Below the pieces are notes generated by a model, which was not told the DNA's origin, did no database searches, and worked only from the letters and a program-made list of their open reading frames with translations. From Negaprion brevirostris (lineage: Eukaryota): DNA of 64,000 nucleotides. Within the stretch, counting starts at the first letter, position 1, and each line of letters opens with the position of its first letter. Positions 34,276-47,614 of this stretch are shown here, piece by piece. The stretch lies in contig JARDVH010000140.1 of assembly GCA_030324005.1 (NCBI GenBank), forward strand, positions 32,398,862 through 32,462,861, given 5' to 3'. The position numbers and the translations under genes were made by a program.

Positions 34276-35939
34276 CCCAATAGGGGGTAGCCTGATGTCC
34301 CTGATCCCAGGCTTGGGAATGCCGTGGTAAGTTGTCGTGTGCCACAGCTGAGATTGGCTATGTTGTCATTGACTCAGAATAAAAACTGTGACCTCCCTAG
34401 CCTTTAGTGCTCTGTGTCATGAATTAGTTATCCTCTGAGCCAGTAGGTGAGCCCTCTTAATGTGGCTTTCTGCATTTGTACATTAGCCAAGTGCCAAAGT
34501 TGTTAGTCCTAATAGGAAAAAAGTGAGACTGATATATACACTGCTGCCTTACTTTCTCTTTTGTTTATTTTGTATTTTTTTTTAAATGAGCAATTAAGTC
34601 TTGAATTTTAGGAACAATTTTAAACAAATTAATTAAGGCAGTTCTTTTCAGTTCTCACTCTAGAGATGGAGTGTTGTGACCAGAGTAGCAGTGTACTTGT
34701 ACCGTGGAGCTGCATTGGTTTCTGACCCACTAATGGAATGATTTTCTCTGAATATAAGCATGTCATGGAATGGGGATATGCAGAGGTGGTAGCCTTGTTA
34801 AAATAAGCAAGCCACCCTCATTGGTGATGGAGGTTGTAGGTACTTACCATAATCTTACCATAAGGTAATCATTGCACTTTATTGTCACCCCACCTATGCA
34901 GGCAAACAATTTTTTATGCCACTCCTGGTTTGAATGGGAAAATGCAGCTATCTTTATGGCTTTGCACTTTAAAAGCAAAGCTCCCACTACTGTCAAATTT
35001 CTGTTTTATGAAATCATGTTTGGTAATGCAAGCTGTCAGGTCTACTACAGAAATAATTAAACAATATAAATGGAACATTAAAAACTGACTCACCTCTTCA
35101 TTCACCATTACTAGTGCATCAGCTTCAAACCTTTCTAGTCATGTCTTGTACTTGTTGCAGCTTTCCATGCCTTTGAATTATGCTACATATATTGAAAAGG
35201 GTTTTTGAAAGACAATAGTGTGTTTGCTACCTCACTCCGTGTGTGTGTACTGTCTTGCTGTGTCTCAGTTCACCAGCAGTCAGATCTTAAAACACAGACT
35301 TGCCCTAGCCAAAAGAAGACTGCTCACTGGGATCTGAACCAACAACGGCTTAGGTGTATGTTTTTTGATCATTATTAGATTCTAAGTATAAATTGTATAC
35401 GGCCAATAAATTCTGCCTATTCAGGCTAAAAGTGAACAATTGAATTGTTGCATTGTGCAGTTGTCACGATGTCGTCTTTCTTGGGTGGCTTTACACTTAG
35501 GAGTTTACCTCATGAATGAAATTTTACAGAAAATTTAAATCTGCTAGTTCAAAATATAGATTTCCTTTTATAGTTAACATCAAATTTACATAGGAAGAAC
35601 TGTACTTAATATTTCTTGGAATACAACGAGTACCTAACCAGAGCAACTCCCTGGGGAAGAATGTCACCTATAACTGTACTTGTTGAGGAAGAGAGTAATG
35701 TCGTATTTTTGGCCTCTACATGGAAGTTGATGACTTTAAAAGCAGAAACAATCCAGTATCATTTCCTTCACCGGATATTGTGTTTTCCTCTTAAAATGAA
35801 AATCTTTTTAAGAGGGTGAAGTATGACAGCATTGTGTGATGATATGTCTTTGTTTGTAATTCACACGGCAATTACTTGCAATAGGATGTAATCATCAGAA
35901 AATTCATAAATCAAAATTTAAGTGTTCGTTGCAATGCTA

Positions 35940-36292
35940 ATTAAAAATTCAGACTGCAAGCGTTGTATTATGAAAGGTCTGGGTGGCATGTAGAGGGAAA
36001 TGTCCAATTGTGAATGACAAGACACTGACTTAAAATAATTGGCCAAAGAAGCAAAAGTGATATGAGAAAAATCTTTCACACAGCGAGGAGTTAGGGTGTG
36101 GAATAGACTGAGACGTGGTGGAGGCAATTCAATTGAGGCATTCAAAAGGGAATTTATTATTTGAAAAGGAAGAACATAGCATGCTGAGGGGAGAAGACAG
36201 GAAAATGACTGTGAAATGCTCATTCAGAGAGCCAGTGCAGGCACAACAGACCAAACGACCACTGCCTTCACCTAACAGTTCTGTGATTCTGT
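35940..36292 (+). mobile_element. CR1 LINE 3' end, degraded
   Basis: ttcacacagcgaggagttagggtgtggaatagactg (FTQRGVRVWNRL) and tail ttctgtgattctgt. Confidence 0.7.
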
Positions 36293-37164
36293 AATATATA
36301 TACTGACGTGGCGGAGCTTTCTACGGGTGATTGAAAAATGAGTGGTACAGACTGAATTCAGCAAAGATCAAATCAGTGAAATAGACTTGATGTGATAGTT
36401 AAGAATGCTGTGTGTCTCAATTAAAACTGTGTCTGGACTGGCTTAGCCATGTATACACTGCAGGTGTTCAGGATCATGCACTGTCTGGTCTTATTTAACC
36501 CCTTTGGCTATCGTGTATCTTAAGGAGGGTGATGGGGCTTGATGCAAGTCAGAACCATCTCACAGCAGGAATACCGCAATGTCTCGTCGCTCAGTCAGTA
36601 TCAGACTGATTGATTGTTAAATTGGTGGATTTGAATCTTGAAGCCTTTATACCCAGCAGCTATGACCCAGCTTTCCACTGTACTGTCAAGGGTGGACAGA
36701 TGGTGTCCTTTCTCTTTTGTAGTCAGAAAGTGTTTGGGGCAGACTTTTCACTCCTCAGTTCTGCAGGCGGCTGCACCCTGCTTAGATTGTGGATGTGCTC
36801 CACAGGTGGTCAGGTTGAAGCTAAAGGCTCACCATTCTTATTGAAACAGCCTGTAGGTTTGAACTTGTCTTGCAAAGGAACAAAAGCAAATAGAGGAAAG
36901 TTGTTCGACATATTCCCAAAGGAAGTGATGTGACCAAACCTCTTGTGCACAGGTATCCAAGCACTTTTTTAAGATACCAATGTGTAATTTTCAGCAGAAT
37001 TGCTCTGTTCAAATTGACTGGAGGAGTTAAATTGTTAGGAATGCATATATCCTGCATTTTTGCCCATGTTGTGAAAGGATTCCTTGATGAAGGGTTTATT
37101 GAATGGCTGTTTAAAGATCAACTTGCCCGAAGGGAGCATAAGACTTAAAAGATGGGAGGTTAAA

Positions 37165-37462
37165 GTTGAAGTTTATTTATTAGTCACAAGTAGGCTTATA
37201 TTAACACTGCAATGAAGTTACTGTGAAAATCCCCTAGTCACCATACTCCGGCACCTGTTGGGGTACACTGAGGGAGAATTTGGCATGGCCAGTTCACCTA
37301 ACCTGCCCATCTTTGGACTGTGGGAGGGAACTAGAGCACCCGGAGGAAACCCAGGCAGATACGGGGAGAATTTGCAAACTCCACACAGACAGTGACCCAA
37401 GCTGGGAATCGAACCTGGGTCCCTGGCGCTCTGAGGCAGCAGTGCTAACCACTGTGCCGCCC
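37165..37462 (-). mobile_element. HE1-like V-SINE, well preserved, alternative tail type
   Basis: Minus strand gggcggcacagtggttagcactgctgcc...ggttcgattccc (A/B boxes), V-domain body, tail ...cttgtgactaataaataaa. Confidence 0.88.
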
Positions 37463-40400
37463 TGGTTGTTGGTAGATAAGGTAAATGTTATCCTGTGCAG
37501 GTATACATTCACTCTAACTACTAGGCATCCAGTAACTGTAAGAAGTGCTGATCATCTTTACCTGCTGCTCAATAGCAGAAGAGGAGGGGGCTGAATACTT
37601 TGCATTTCATAATTTTGGATTGTGGATAAAGAGGAAAGAGATAGTAAAGAAGCAATTGGAAAAGTTCCAAAACTTAAGGAGGATCAGTGCCTCTAACAGC
37701 AAGTGCTCAATTTTCAAAATGATAAAACTCAAGTGTCTGACTCAGCCATACGGAACAGAGAGTCATAGTTTCAGTCCCTGATTCCCAAGCTGAATTAGCT
37801 GATCTCACTCAGGATGTTAAAAATGTTGACGGCGCAGTCCCTGTTCTCGGGAGCAGAAAACAACTCATCAATCAGCATTACTGTTCCAGATCACTATCCA
37901 ATGTGATTAGGAGTTCTTAGTCTTGCTGGAAGTGCATATGTTAAGGTAAATATGTGTCTTCAAGTGAATGCAAGCTCCATCTTACTTTGATTCGGGCAGT
38001 GGAACAATCAACTACATTTGTTTTTTGGACTCACTTGGAAAAGATATGAGAATGCAGTCAGCATCCAGCAAATTGTACTCCAGCAGGAAGCACATCATTG
38101 GGAGAGGTTGGAAAAGAGGAAAATGGACAATAAGGAGTGATTAGCAGACAGCAAACTAATCGGAGTCTGGGTCACAGACCAACGTTTGAGCAGCAAGCAG
38201 TGATCACCTGAGCTTGGCTATTGAATTACTGCTGTCTCTTTCATTGGCGTTGGTTTTACCTGGAGGGAATTTTAGACTTGTTTCAGCAGCTGTCGGTGTT
38301 GACATCTATTGTCCATCTACTTGGTGTCACTGACCCAAGGGGATCAGTGATTGTGACAAAATTATTATTGATACTCGACGCTTGCCAGCTGACAGCTACA
38401 GTACTTCTGTAACATAAACATGTAATCTTTGGAGCCATGCAGATATGGTCTTCAGAGAGTCTCTGATCTACAATACAGGATGATTGTTTTGCTTTGAGGA
38501 ATTGTCTGAAGATGGTGATGAATAAAACTCCAGTAGTGTTTGGGTTGCTTCAGTTGGTAAAAGCTATTGGTTCTAACGAAAAATGCCCAGCAGTAAAGGA
38601 GTGTGAGGTGCTACCCTGCACCTGTGCAGTTTCAAATCTATCTATTGTGGGTGCAAGACCCATGAAAGAATTTGTTTAATTGTCTCCTGCTGCAGTGGAG
38701 TACATTGAAAGCCTGCGTCTTCTGTGCTTGTGGGACTCGCACATAATTGCAGTCTTAACACTTGTTGGATGGAGGTCCAGAGTGTGTCTGCTTTGTGCTA
38801 ATAACTGTTTTGAAGGAGGAGTATCCTTGCATTGTGGCAATGTTGCATGGAGGTAGCACCCAGAGGTGGCGTGGATTGGGTAGATGTACAGATGCACATG
38901 TCCAAGTTTTGGAGGAGGAAGAATGGCAGTTCCTTAAAGAGATTCTGCATCAAAGTAAACAGAATCTGAAATTAAAACTTCAAAAGTAAATGTGATTAAA
39001 GGGATTGATAATGCACCCCAGTATCTCTGGTGCCCAGCAAGTACAGAAGGCCTTGATGTGTGCTGCCTTTCCAGGGACACCTGGCAGCAAACATAACCAC
39101 TGAAGTGGGATAGATCCGCACGTGCATGCTGTCTTTGTGCGCTGTCTGTGCATGGGACAGAGGGCTTGCATGTGGACCGAGAGTGGGCATGGCATGTACT
39201 AGGATTGAGAAGGGACACTGAAGCTGGGATCGTGTGCATGTACAGGAGCTTGTGCACATGCGTGTGTGTTTGCTTTCAGCATGAGAGCCAGTCCTTTTAG
39301 ACTGAACTGCCTGCCTGATTATGATCATTCCTTGATGTGAATGGAACTGACAACTTTCTTTCATTCTTTCAGAGGCTGGTATGAGCCTTTAACCTCAGAG
39401 GAGAATGATAGACAATGTCTGTGCACATTTCTTTATTTTCTGCTTGAATATACATTTCATGGATAACTTCAGGGAGTCAAAATAAGTGTCACTGGAAGTG
39501 GTGTAGATCTTGCTGAACAATATCCCTGCACCCTGTGGCAGGGAGCTGGTTAGCCATTTCTGTGGTTAATCAGCAATGTGAACAATTGCAGTTGGGGTTG
39601 GGGAATCAGATATCTCTACTTGTTTATGTTTGTATTGCTGCAACAAAGCACTTATCAGTTATATTGAAAGGGATAGAAGTTACCAGTCTGCTGAGCATAG
39701 GGTTGAAACAGGGCTGAGAGAGACTGCATGCTTCAGCTGGGATCTGCAAAGTATTGATGTTGTAGTTTAGCTGCAGCCCACAAGTTTGTAGCTCCAGTAA
39801 TTAGTGAAAGATAAACACCTCCAAACCTTAAACTGCTGATAGATATTAGCTGTATGTCCCAGACAAGCTCTCGTGTTCTTTGGTGCTGAGTAAACGCAGA
39901 AAATTAGGGCAGAGCGGCATGCTGTCTTTCAGGACAGCTTGTGAAACTTTTGATTGTAGCAACAACGGGTTATCTTGGGCTAGGTTCAAGGACCAATATG
40001 TTTCAACTGAAAAGATGTTACATTTTGGCCCTGGTGGCTTATTTAAAGTCTTGAATCTATTGTGATATGGCTTTTGGGCTCTTGTTAAACTTCAGAATTT
40101 TTTTGCCATCAGGTGGTCCTTTCAGATATTTTTCTTCCCCTTATGTACAGAATTTTACTTCCACCTCATTCACCAAGTCCTTAGGTTCTTCTGTGTGCTA
40201 CAAAATGTGAAGGGTGACACAGAGGAGAGTAAGCCAGTGAGAGGGAGAATAGGTCAGATTGCAAGCTCCTTTCACCATTCAGTCAGTAAGGGCAGGGTGC
40301 AAGTGAGCAATGAGGAGGCAACTAGACTCAGTTCCCGGTGTCCAGTTTGACGGCTCATGGTGCACATCTTTGGACTGTGATCAGTTTATTAAACTGAACA

Positions 40401-40486
40401 GCCTGTAGTGACTCGGAATGTCCTTTTGCCATTTCTTGAGAAAAGTTGTCAACATTTGCCACTCTCCAATTCTCTAGTACTCTTTA

Positions 40487-40820
40487 GGCGGCACGGTAGC
40501 ACAGTTGTTACACTGCTGCTTCAGAGCTCCAGGGACCTGGGTTCGATTCCCGGCTTGGGTCACTTGAAGTTTGCACATTGTCCTCGTGTCTGCATAGGTT
40601 TCCTCCAGGTGCTCCGGTTTCCTCCCACAGTCCAAAGATGTGCGGGTTAGGTTGATTGGCCATGCTAAAAATTACCCCTTAAGTCCTGAGGTGCATAGGT
40701 TAGAGGGATTAGTGGGTAAATATGTAGGGCTATGGGGGTAGGGCCTGGGTGGGATTGCGGTCGGTGCAGACTCGATGGGCCAAATGGCCGCCTTCTGCAC
40801 TGTAGGGATTCTATGATCCT
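40487..40820 (+). mobile_element. HE1-like V-SINE, near full length
   Basis: ggcggcacggtagcacag...gggttcgattcccggcttgggtcac; body ggtttcctccaggtgctccggtttcctcccacagtccaaagatgtgc; CR1-like tail ctgtagggattctatga. Confidence 0.9.
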
Positions 40821-41264
40821 ATTGCTACCTCAAGTCTTTTAAGTTTCAGAATCTGTATTGAAAATTCCAGATCCCGTCAGTAAGAATGGTAATAGATATC
40901 TTTTGGCACAGAGTGAAAGTTAAATTAAATAGTGTTTGGCAGATATAGGATTAGTTTCATTTATTTTATGTACGAGAGAAAAGATTGCATCTATATAGTG
41001 TCTTCTGTTATGTAACTAAGGGTAGCATGCTGAAGCTCAGCTGACCCAGTAGACAGTGTAACCAGTGGCAAAACAATGTGTTCAGCTGATTCGGTATAAA
41101 CAGAAAGCAGATGGGGATTGTGGAGAGCATGTGTGGCCCAGGGTGTGGCCCTGATTGTGGGTGTAATGAAGTTTCTTTATTAAAGCCTTTCTTTGATTTA
41201 CTTTGTAAAGTTAGTTCTTGCAACTGGAGCATCTTTATTCCCAGCTGAGCATCCTCCACAATAT

Positions 41265-41495
41265 CAGGATTTCCAAAGTGCTTTACAGCCAGTTATATTT
41301 TTTTGAAGTCTTGTCATTGTAGTCATGTCGGTGTAGGCAGAGTTACTTACCACATTATTAGCTCCCATAAACAGCCAGGAGATAATGAACAGAAAATCTG
41401 CTTTAGGAGTTGAGGGATAAATATTGGCCAGGACACCAGGGATATCATGCCTGCTTTTCTTCCAATTATACCATAACATCTTTTACATGCAGCTC
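41265..41495 (-). mobile_element. SacSINE1/DeuSINE-like fragment
   Basis: gagggataaatattggccaggacacc is the reverse complement of the cctggccaatatttat core; caaagtgctttacagcc tail. Confidence 0.65.
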
Positions 41496-41497
41496 AG

Positions 41498-41997
41498 ATA
41501 GAATCATAGAATCTCTACAGTACAAAATGAGGCCATTCAGCCCATCGAGCCTGCACCGACCACAATCCCACCCAGGCCCAATTCCCGTAGCCCCACATAT
41601 TTACCCCGCTAATCCCCTATCACTAGGGTCAATTTAGTATGGCCAATCCACTTAACCTGCACATCTTTGGAGCTGTGCATGAGGCCACAGTTTAACTTCA
41701 CCTCTAAAACTTCACCTTCNNNNNNNNNNNNNNNNNNNNNNNNNNNNNNNNNNNNNNNNNNNNNNNNNNNNNNNNNNNNNNNNNNNNNNNNNNNNNNNNN
41801 NNNNNNNNNNNNNNNNNNNGGTTGATTGGCCATGCTAAAAATTGTCCGTAGTGTCCTGGGATGCATAGATTAGAGGGATTAGTGGGTAAATATGTAAAGA
41901 TATGGGGGTAGGGCCTGGGTGGGATTGCGGTCGGTGCAGACTCGATGGGCCGAATGGCCCCTTTCTATACTGTAGGGTTTCTACGGTTTCTATGATT
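41498..41997. mobile_element. Two HE1-like SINE 3' halves in opposite orientation (41498-41671 minus; 41820-41997 plus) around an N gap
   Basis: Both closely match 40640-40820. Confidence 0.8.
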
Positions 41998-42236
41998 TCC
42001 ATGTGTAAGTGTTATTCTGAAGGTATAGGAATGACCCACTAGGGAGCTTTTATCAAAAAAAGTTTAATAAAAATAGTTAAAACTTAGAAAGAAAATTAGC
42101 AATAATTTTTACCAATTACAAATGAGGAAAAAAAACAACCATGATATTGTACAAACCTTAACAACTAAATTAAATGTTCCAACCAAACAATCCTCCTTTA
42201 TAAACTTAGTGGGTATAAACTTGATGCAGCGTAATT

Positions 42237-42313
42237 TCTCAACACCAGGTTAAAGTCCAACAGGTTTATTTGGTGGTATGAGCTTGCGGAGCACTGCTCC
42301 TTCATCAGGTGAG
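42237..42313 (-). mobile_element. Second Penelope-type hammerhead-bearing unit
   Basis: Minus strand CTCACCTGATGA-AGGAGC-AGT-GCTCC-GCAA-GCTC...AATAAACCTGTTGGACTTTAACCTGGTGTT; closely similar to 34190-34275. Confidence 0.72.
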
Positions 42314-42519
42314 GAAGGATTTGAAGTCCCTTGAGGGAGTGAAGGAGATTTACCTGTGTTTTCCAGGGTTGAGGGTCTTTAGTTACAAGGTTAATTTGGA
42401 GTAGCAGGGGTAGTTCTCTTTGATGCAAAGGAGGTTTGGGGGGAGATTTAATAGAAGTGTACAAGATTATGACAGGCAGACAAAGAAACATTCACATTTG
42501 TTGATGTCTCCTGGTGAAA

Positions 42520-42916
42520 CTTAACCTTGATTTTAAAATTTTCATCCTTGTTTTCATATCCCTCCATGACTTCACCCCTCCTTATCTCTCGAATCTTTTC
42601 CAGACAGTTGTTTAAACTAATTCTGGCTTCTTGTGTATCCCAAATTTTAATAGTTCCATCTTTGATGGCTATGCCTTCAGCTGTCTAGGTCCTACCTAGA
42701 TAGGAAAGAGGAATTCTCTCTTTAAATCGTTCTAACTCTGCCACTTTTTCCTCCTTTCATATGCTCCTTTAGAACATACCTGTTTGACCAAACTTTGGCC
42801 ACCTGCCCTCACATTGCTTTATCTGGCTCAGTGTCAAACGTTTGTGTTATAACGCTCCTGTGAAGCACCTTGCAATGTTTTACCACATTAACACACTTGG
42901 TAAATACGAGTTGTTG
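42520..42916 (+). mobile_element. L2-clade LINE 3' fragment
   Basis: ccttgattttaaaattttcatccttgttttc (LDFKIFILVF) and tail ctcctgtgaagcaccttg...aaatacgagttgttgt. Confidence 0.7.
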
Positions 42917-43444
42917 TCTCATTTCTTCTGTTGTTTGCGGTGCAGTGGCACTGTCGACTCAACAGTGCAACTGTTGGTGGAGGGACCAGTGTCACTGAGT
43001 GTTACTGGGAGCAATAAAGTAGCAAAGTGTCTGGAATAGTGCTTCCAGAGCTGTGTTTCCCATGTTAAAGATGAACTGTATCCTGATGTATTGGGCCATT
43101 CTCAGAAGGAATGCATGGCTCTCGACCAATCCTTTTTTTCCTTCAGGATAGCTGAGAAGCGGTTATATCTTTTAATTCTCACGTTGTTGATTTATTTCAG
43201 AACATATTACCTTTGCACATGAATGCTCAAGAGGAGATTCTACCCCAGTTTGCTCTGCTACTAACACTGCCAGAACAGTGTAACCAGGGATAAACCAGTT
43301 AATCTCTCTGTATCATCCTTTGTTATATTTAAGACTGTGGTCCAGTTCAGAGAGCTACACTGCTCTTTCAAATAATGTCATGTACCTAGGACTGGTGCAC
43401 TGACTGCTATGCTAAATGTATGCAAGCAGTTGTGACTATATAGT

Positions 43445-43616
43445 CTTGTTGGATTTTAAGAAGAAATTAGGTATAGCACTTGGGGTTAAAGGGACCAAGG
43501 GATGTGGAGGAAAAACAAGATCAAGATTTTGAATTTGAAGATCAGCCATGATCAAAATGAATGGTGGTACAGGCTCAAAGGGCTAAATGGCCTACTCCTG
43601 CTTCTATTTTCTATGT
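43445..43616 (+). mobile_element. CR1 LINE 3' tail
   Basis: gatcagccatgatc...aatggtggtacaggctcaaagggctaaatggcctactcctgcttctattttctatgt, reverse complement of the CR1 tails at 3430 and 27507. Confidence 0.85.
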
Positions 43617-46600
43617 TGATCACCTTGACATAAACTGTCTCGAAATTCACTGCATGTGTGCATCAGAACTAACTACCTCCTGTTCCAGCACAGCTATTGG
43701 AAGGATTGAAAGGGGTGGAGCTGTTGTATATTGAATGATCTCACTGTGATTGAATATAAGATTGGGCGGGATTGCTACTACTCTACAGTAGTCAGGATCG
43801 ATACAGACATCTTTCTGTCCACTTTCAGAAGATGGGAACCTGGCATTCCTTCAAAATCAAAGGAACTAAATGCGTAACCTAATCTGCTACCTCTACTTTC
43901 TGCTGAAGCTTAAATATCAAAAAGTGAGGGCAGGAACAATGATGTCCAACTGAACTGTGCCTGTGCAGTAGAAAACTGAGATTCCTCCACTGTGCATTGT
44001 GTTTAGAGTCTTTGATTTCCTGCTGTGTTTATGTAAAAATTGGCCAAGATTTAGTTAAACAGTTTTGTTTCCAGTGTGAGCAAGGGTGCTGAGTTGGATT
44101 TGACTGCTTCACACGTTTTTCTCTGCCACATTGTTCATTCTGTCAAAGCTTCACAACCTATTGGTGAACACATTTCAGTGGCTCATGTAAAAACAGCTCT
44201 CGCTCATGCTGGGTTGTAAATATACTGTATTTATCATTTTTTGCCATCCTAGGGTCACATTCACAATATGTGACTCAACTACAACAGCTTTCATTTATGT
44301 AGCACCCTGAACATAGCATAGTATCCATTATGTCGCTGTAAGTGACTGAACCAGTTGCCGGTGCAGATTCCCATTGAAATATGAGAGTTTTTTTCAGTGT
44401 GGAACCCAGCCAGCTGCAGCTGGGGCAGTGTGTCAACCCTGGCCTGTCATACTAGCAATGTTTCTGTAAAAGTAGTGCTTGCTGACAGGGTTTAACTTGA
44501 TGAGATGCCCAAACTTCTAGTTGAACACATGCTGTGGTGATTTCCTCAGTGCTGTGCTGGACAGCTCCTTGTAAACCACAGCTTGCAGTTGTCCTAGCGA
44601 GGAATTCCCGTTTAGTAAAAGCTGTAGCTACTTAAAAAAGGAAGGGTTTGCTTTTTTCAAAATTATTTTACAATATTGAAGGTTTGTCTATAGTCAGACT
44701 GTATCTCCTAGCTGATGCTGTGTTGATAAGCAGTACATTTACAGTTCAGCAGTGATATTGGCAAAACAACCCTTCAGATTATCCAAGTAGAATTTTAATG
44801 TCTTGTGCGTGAATAGAAATGGGTGGGAGTTCAGTTTGAACTGACAAACAAATGCTGTTGCTTATTTCAGTGCAGTGGGTTAGTGGCAGAAACCCTTACC
44901 CTTTGCTCGTTGATTCGAATCAAATGGGCCTGGGTAAGATACTCTATCAGAGGGGCTGAATGGTGCCTCCTGCATTGTAAAGATTCCATTAATCTATGAT
45001 ATGCTAGGAATAGAGGATTCTAATGGCATTCCAGCTAGAAATTTATTCACTTTGTAAGAAATAACCTCATCACATTTGTTTCCACAAACTCAAGCATATC
45101 CAATTTGCCTGGCAAATAGTGTGCTCTGACATGATGAATTGCTGCAGTGCAGATTGTACCCGACTATGGAGTACTACCATGGTGGAGTGTGTATACTATT
45201 GTGTGGGTTCTGCCCTAGTTTCTGTACACTTTTATGAAAGCATTGTATAGTGTTCTGCTACGAGGATGCTGTTTCCCGAGTTGTTTCAATTCAACCCTAT
45301 TCCAAGTGTGTAACAATAAAGGAGATTTCCATTTAAATGTATAGTTTTACAGTCTGTACATAGTGCCGACTTTACCAGCTAATTCATGGCTCCACTTTCG
45401 CCTTCACAGATGCTAATCAGTTTATTGTTCACCTAAAGGGGTCAGATTAACAGACACTTCATTATTCAGGTTTAGGGTGTGAGCCATGTATTATAAATGA
45501 TGCATTCTGATCCGTGTCAGTTTTATTAACCAGAGCCCCACTCCACACAGCTCTCACTAAGTCTGGACAGAGACACCAGGATCAGATTCAACAATGATGC
45601 TCCTCCACATTGAGTAGCTTACCAATGGACCTAGGCATAGGAGAAAAAGGGAGAAAGTTTGTGGTGGAAGTTGGGACTGTGTGGATGCAGTGTTCCTTTC
45701 AAATTTTCCTTCTATGGATGGGGCGAACTACAAACTTCTCTGAACGTGACTGTTTTGTTGTCCATGGGCAGATCACATTTTAAAATTCACTGAAAGCTCA
45801 CAAAGTTGTCAGCAACCTACTTATTTCAATACACGATACATCCCAGACTCTTTTTTGTGGCCATGCGTGTATTCATCTTCAAGGAAACATTGCCTACCTC
45901 TCATTAGTTCCTAACGTGTCCTTGGAGGTCTCCACCTCCCATTAATCTGAATCCACCTTAACTCTAGGCCACATTATTCTCTCTTTGCAAGCCTGACTTC
46001 AGCTCTGCCCTCTCGCAACCTGCCAGCACTGTCCTCAGTTGTATCACAGTTGTGCTGTTAACTCCCCTTTCCCAATGCATGTGAGAGGTGATGAAATATG
46101 CAAAGAGTGGGAAGAATGCACAGAGCTTGAAAATCTGGACTTGGATCATAGACATTATCATACTAGACAATGATATGGAACTATTAATCTGGTCCCTCAT
46201 CTGTTATCCATTGCCCTACTTGACAGTTTCAGTTGTGTGACTCAGCTAATGCTTAAATTAGCTGTTCATTGGTCGTGCTCCATATGTATAGCAATAATTC
46301 AAACAGCACCATAAATCTGCCCATCAGAAAGCATTAGGTGCTCTTTGAGATTAAATCCATTAAGGAACTTCAAACCGTACTATGTGCGCCTGCGTTCGTT
46401 CGTTCATCTGACCACAGGGAGCGTTGTCATTCCTTTTGCACCATTGCGATCCCAGGTTGACTGTAGAGTCATTGAGAGCTACTGAATGAGGAATACTTCC
46501 AAATCTTGCAGTGAGCTTTCACTTTAAATGACCTGTGCATCAGCTTTAGATGGGTTACAGCCCAACTAACTATTTGGTTAGGAGGTCTCTCTCAACTGAT

Positions 46601-47614
46601 AAGTTGATCTTTCTTCCTGATTAAAATTACAACCAGACTAGCTGTGGATTTCCAGGATTTTCTATCTATATTTTAGATTTCTAGCCTTCAACTTTTCTTT
46701 TTGTTCACAACTACTAGTTGCATTCACAGGAACAAGCCATTGGCTTTTTGGTAACTTAATGAGGAGATAACAGCAAGAACCAGTTGTGTTACTTACTACA
46801 CACAGCCTCTCTGTACAGCGTGACAGTGCCTCACCTGAGGGGATCAATGAATGATATATCCGAGTTTCTGTAACATGGCCAAGTGTTTTTTCTTACAAAT
46901 GCTCAATGGGTAACATGAAGCTGAATAGCAAGAATAAAACTTTGGATGTTGACAGTGAAACCAGAGACATCAAAATCAAACAGCCTCCATTTTTGCATTT
47001 TTCCCTGCTCTGGTATATCTTTGGGTTAGTTTTTCCCCTTCTCCATATGACAGCTCGAAGGTTCTGCTTATCTGCTGCATCCCTATTCCTTCTCCAACAC
47101 CCCCTTCCTCCACTTAGCCAAACTCAGTGGTCCAAGATCTGATTATTTTTCTGATTTCTGGGAGACATCACAGTTTGTGTTTTATTTGGATCTCGAAGAT
47201 GAAAGGTTGGAGATGTTGACCTTGAACATCTGCACCAGTGTGTGTATAAAGTCACTGCAGAAGCTGTTTTCTGATCAGAAATTTCCTTGTGTATTTTGAT
47301 CTTTGATATGATCTGCCCACCAGGTCCAGAGTAACCACAGTGTATGTAAATAAGAGCCAGCTGTGTAGCCACATAGAATTTCCTGTGTGCATGAACTAGG
47401 GGTCAGTTAGAAAGTGAAGTGCAGATGGAGGAATGGGCAAAGGTGAGATTTTTAGCTTTTGAAGGACGTGACATGTTTGACACAGAATTTCTGCAGATGG
47501 GAATGACATTTTGGGGCTTTGTAGTATTCTAGTTGATAGCCTTGGTTTTGCTTTTAATTTCATCTGGATGTCTGAAGCCATTTGGAAATGTTTGACTTTT
47601 TTTTCATCAGTTGT

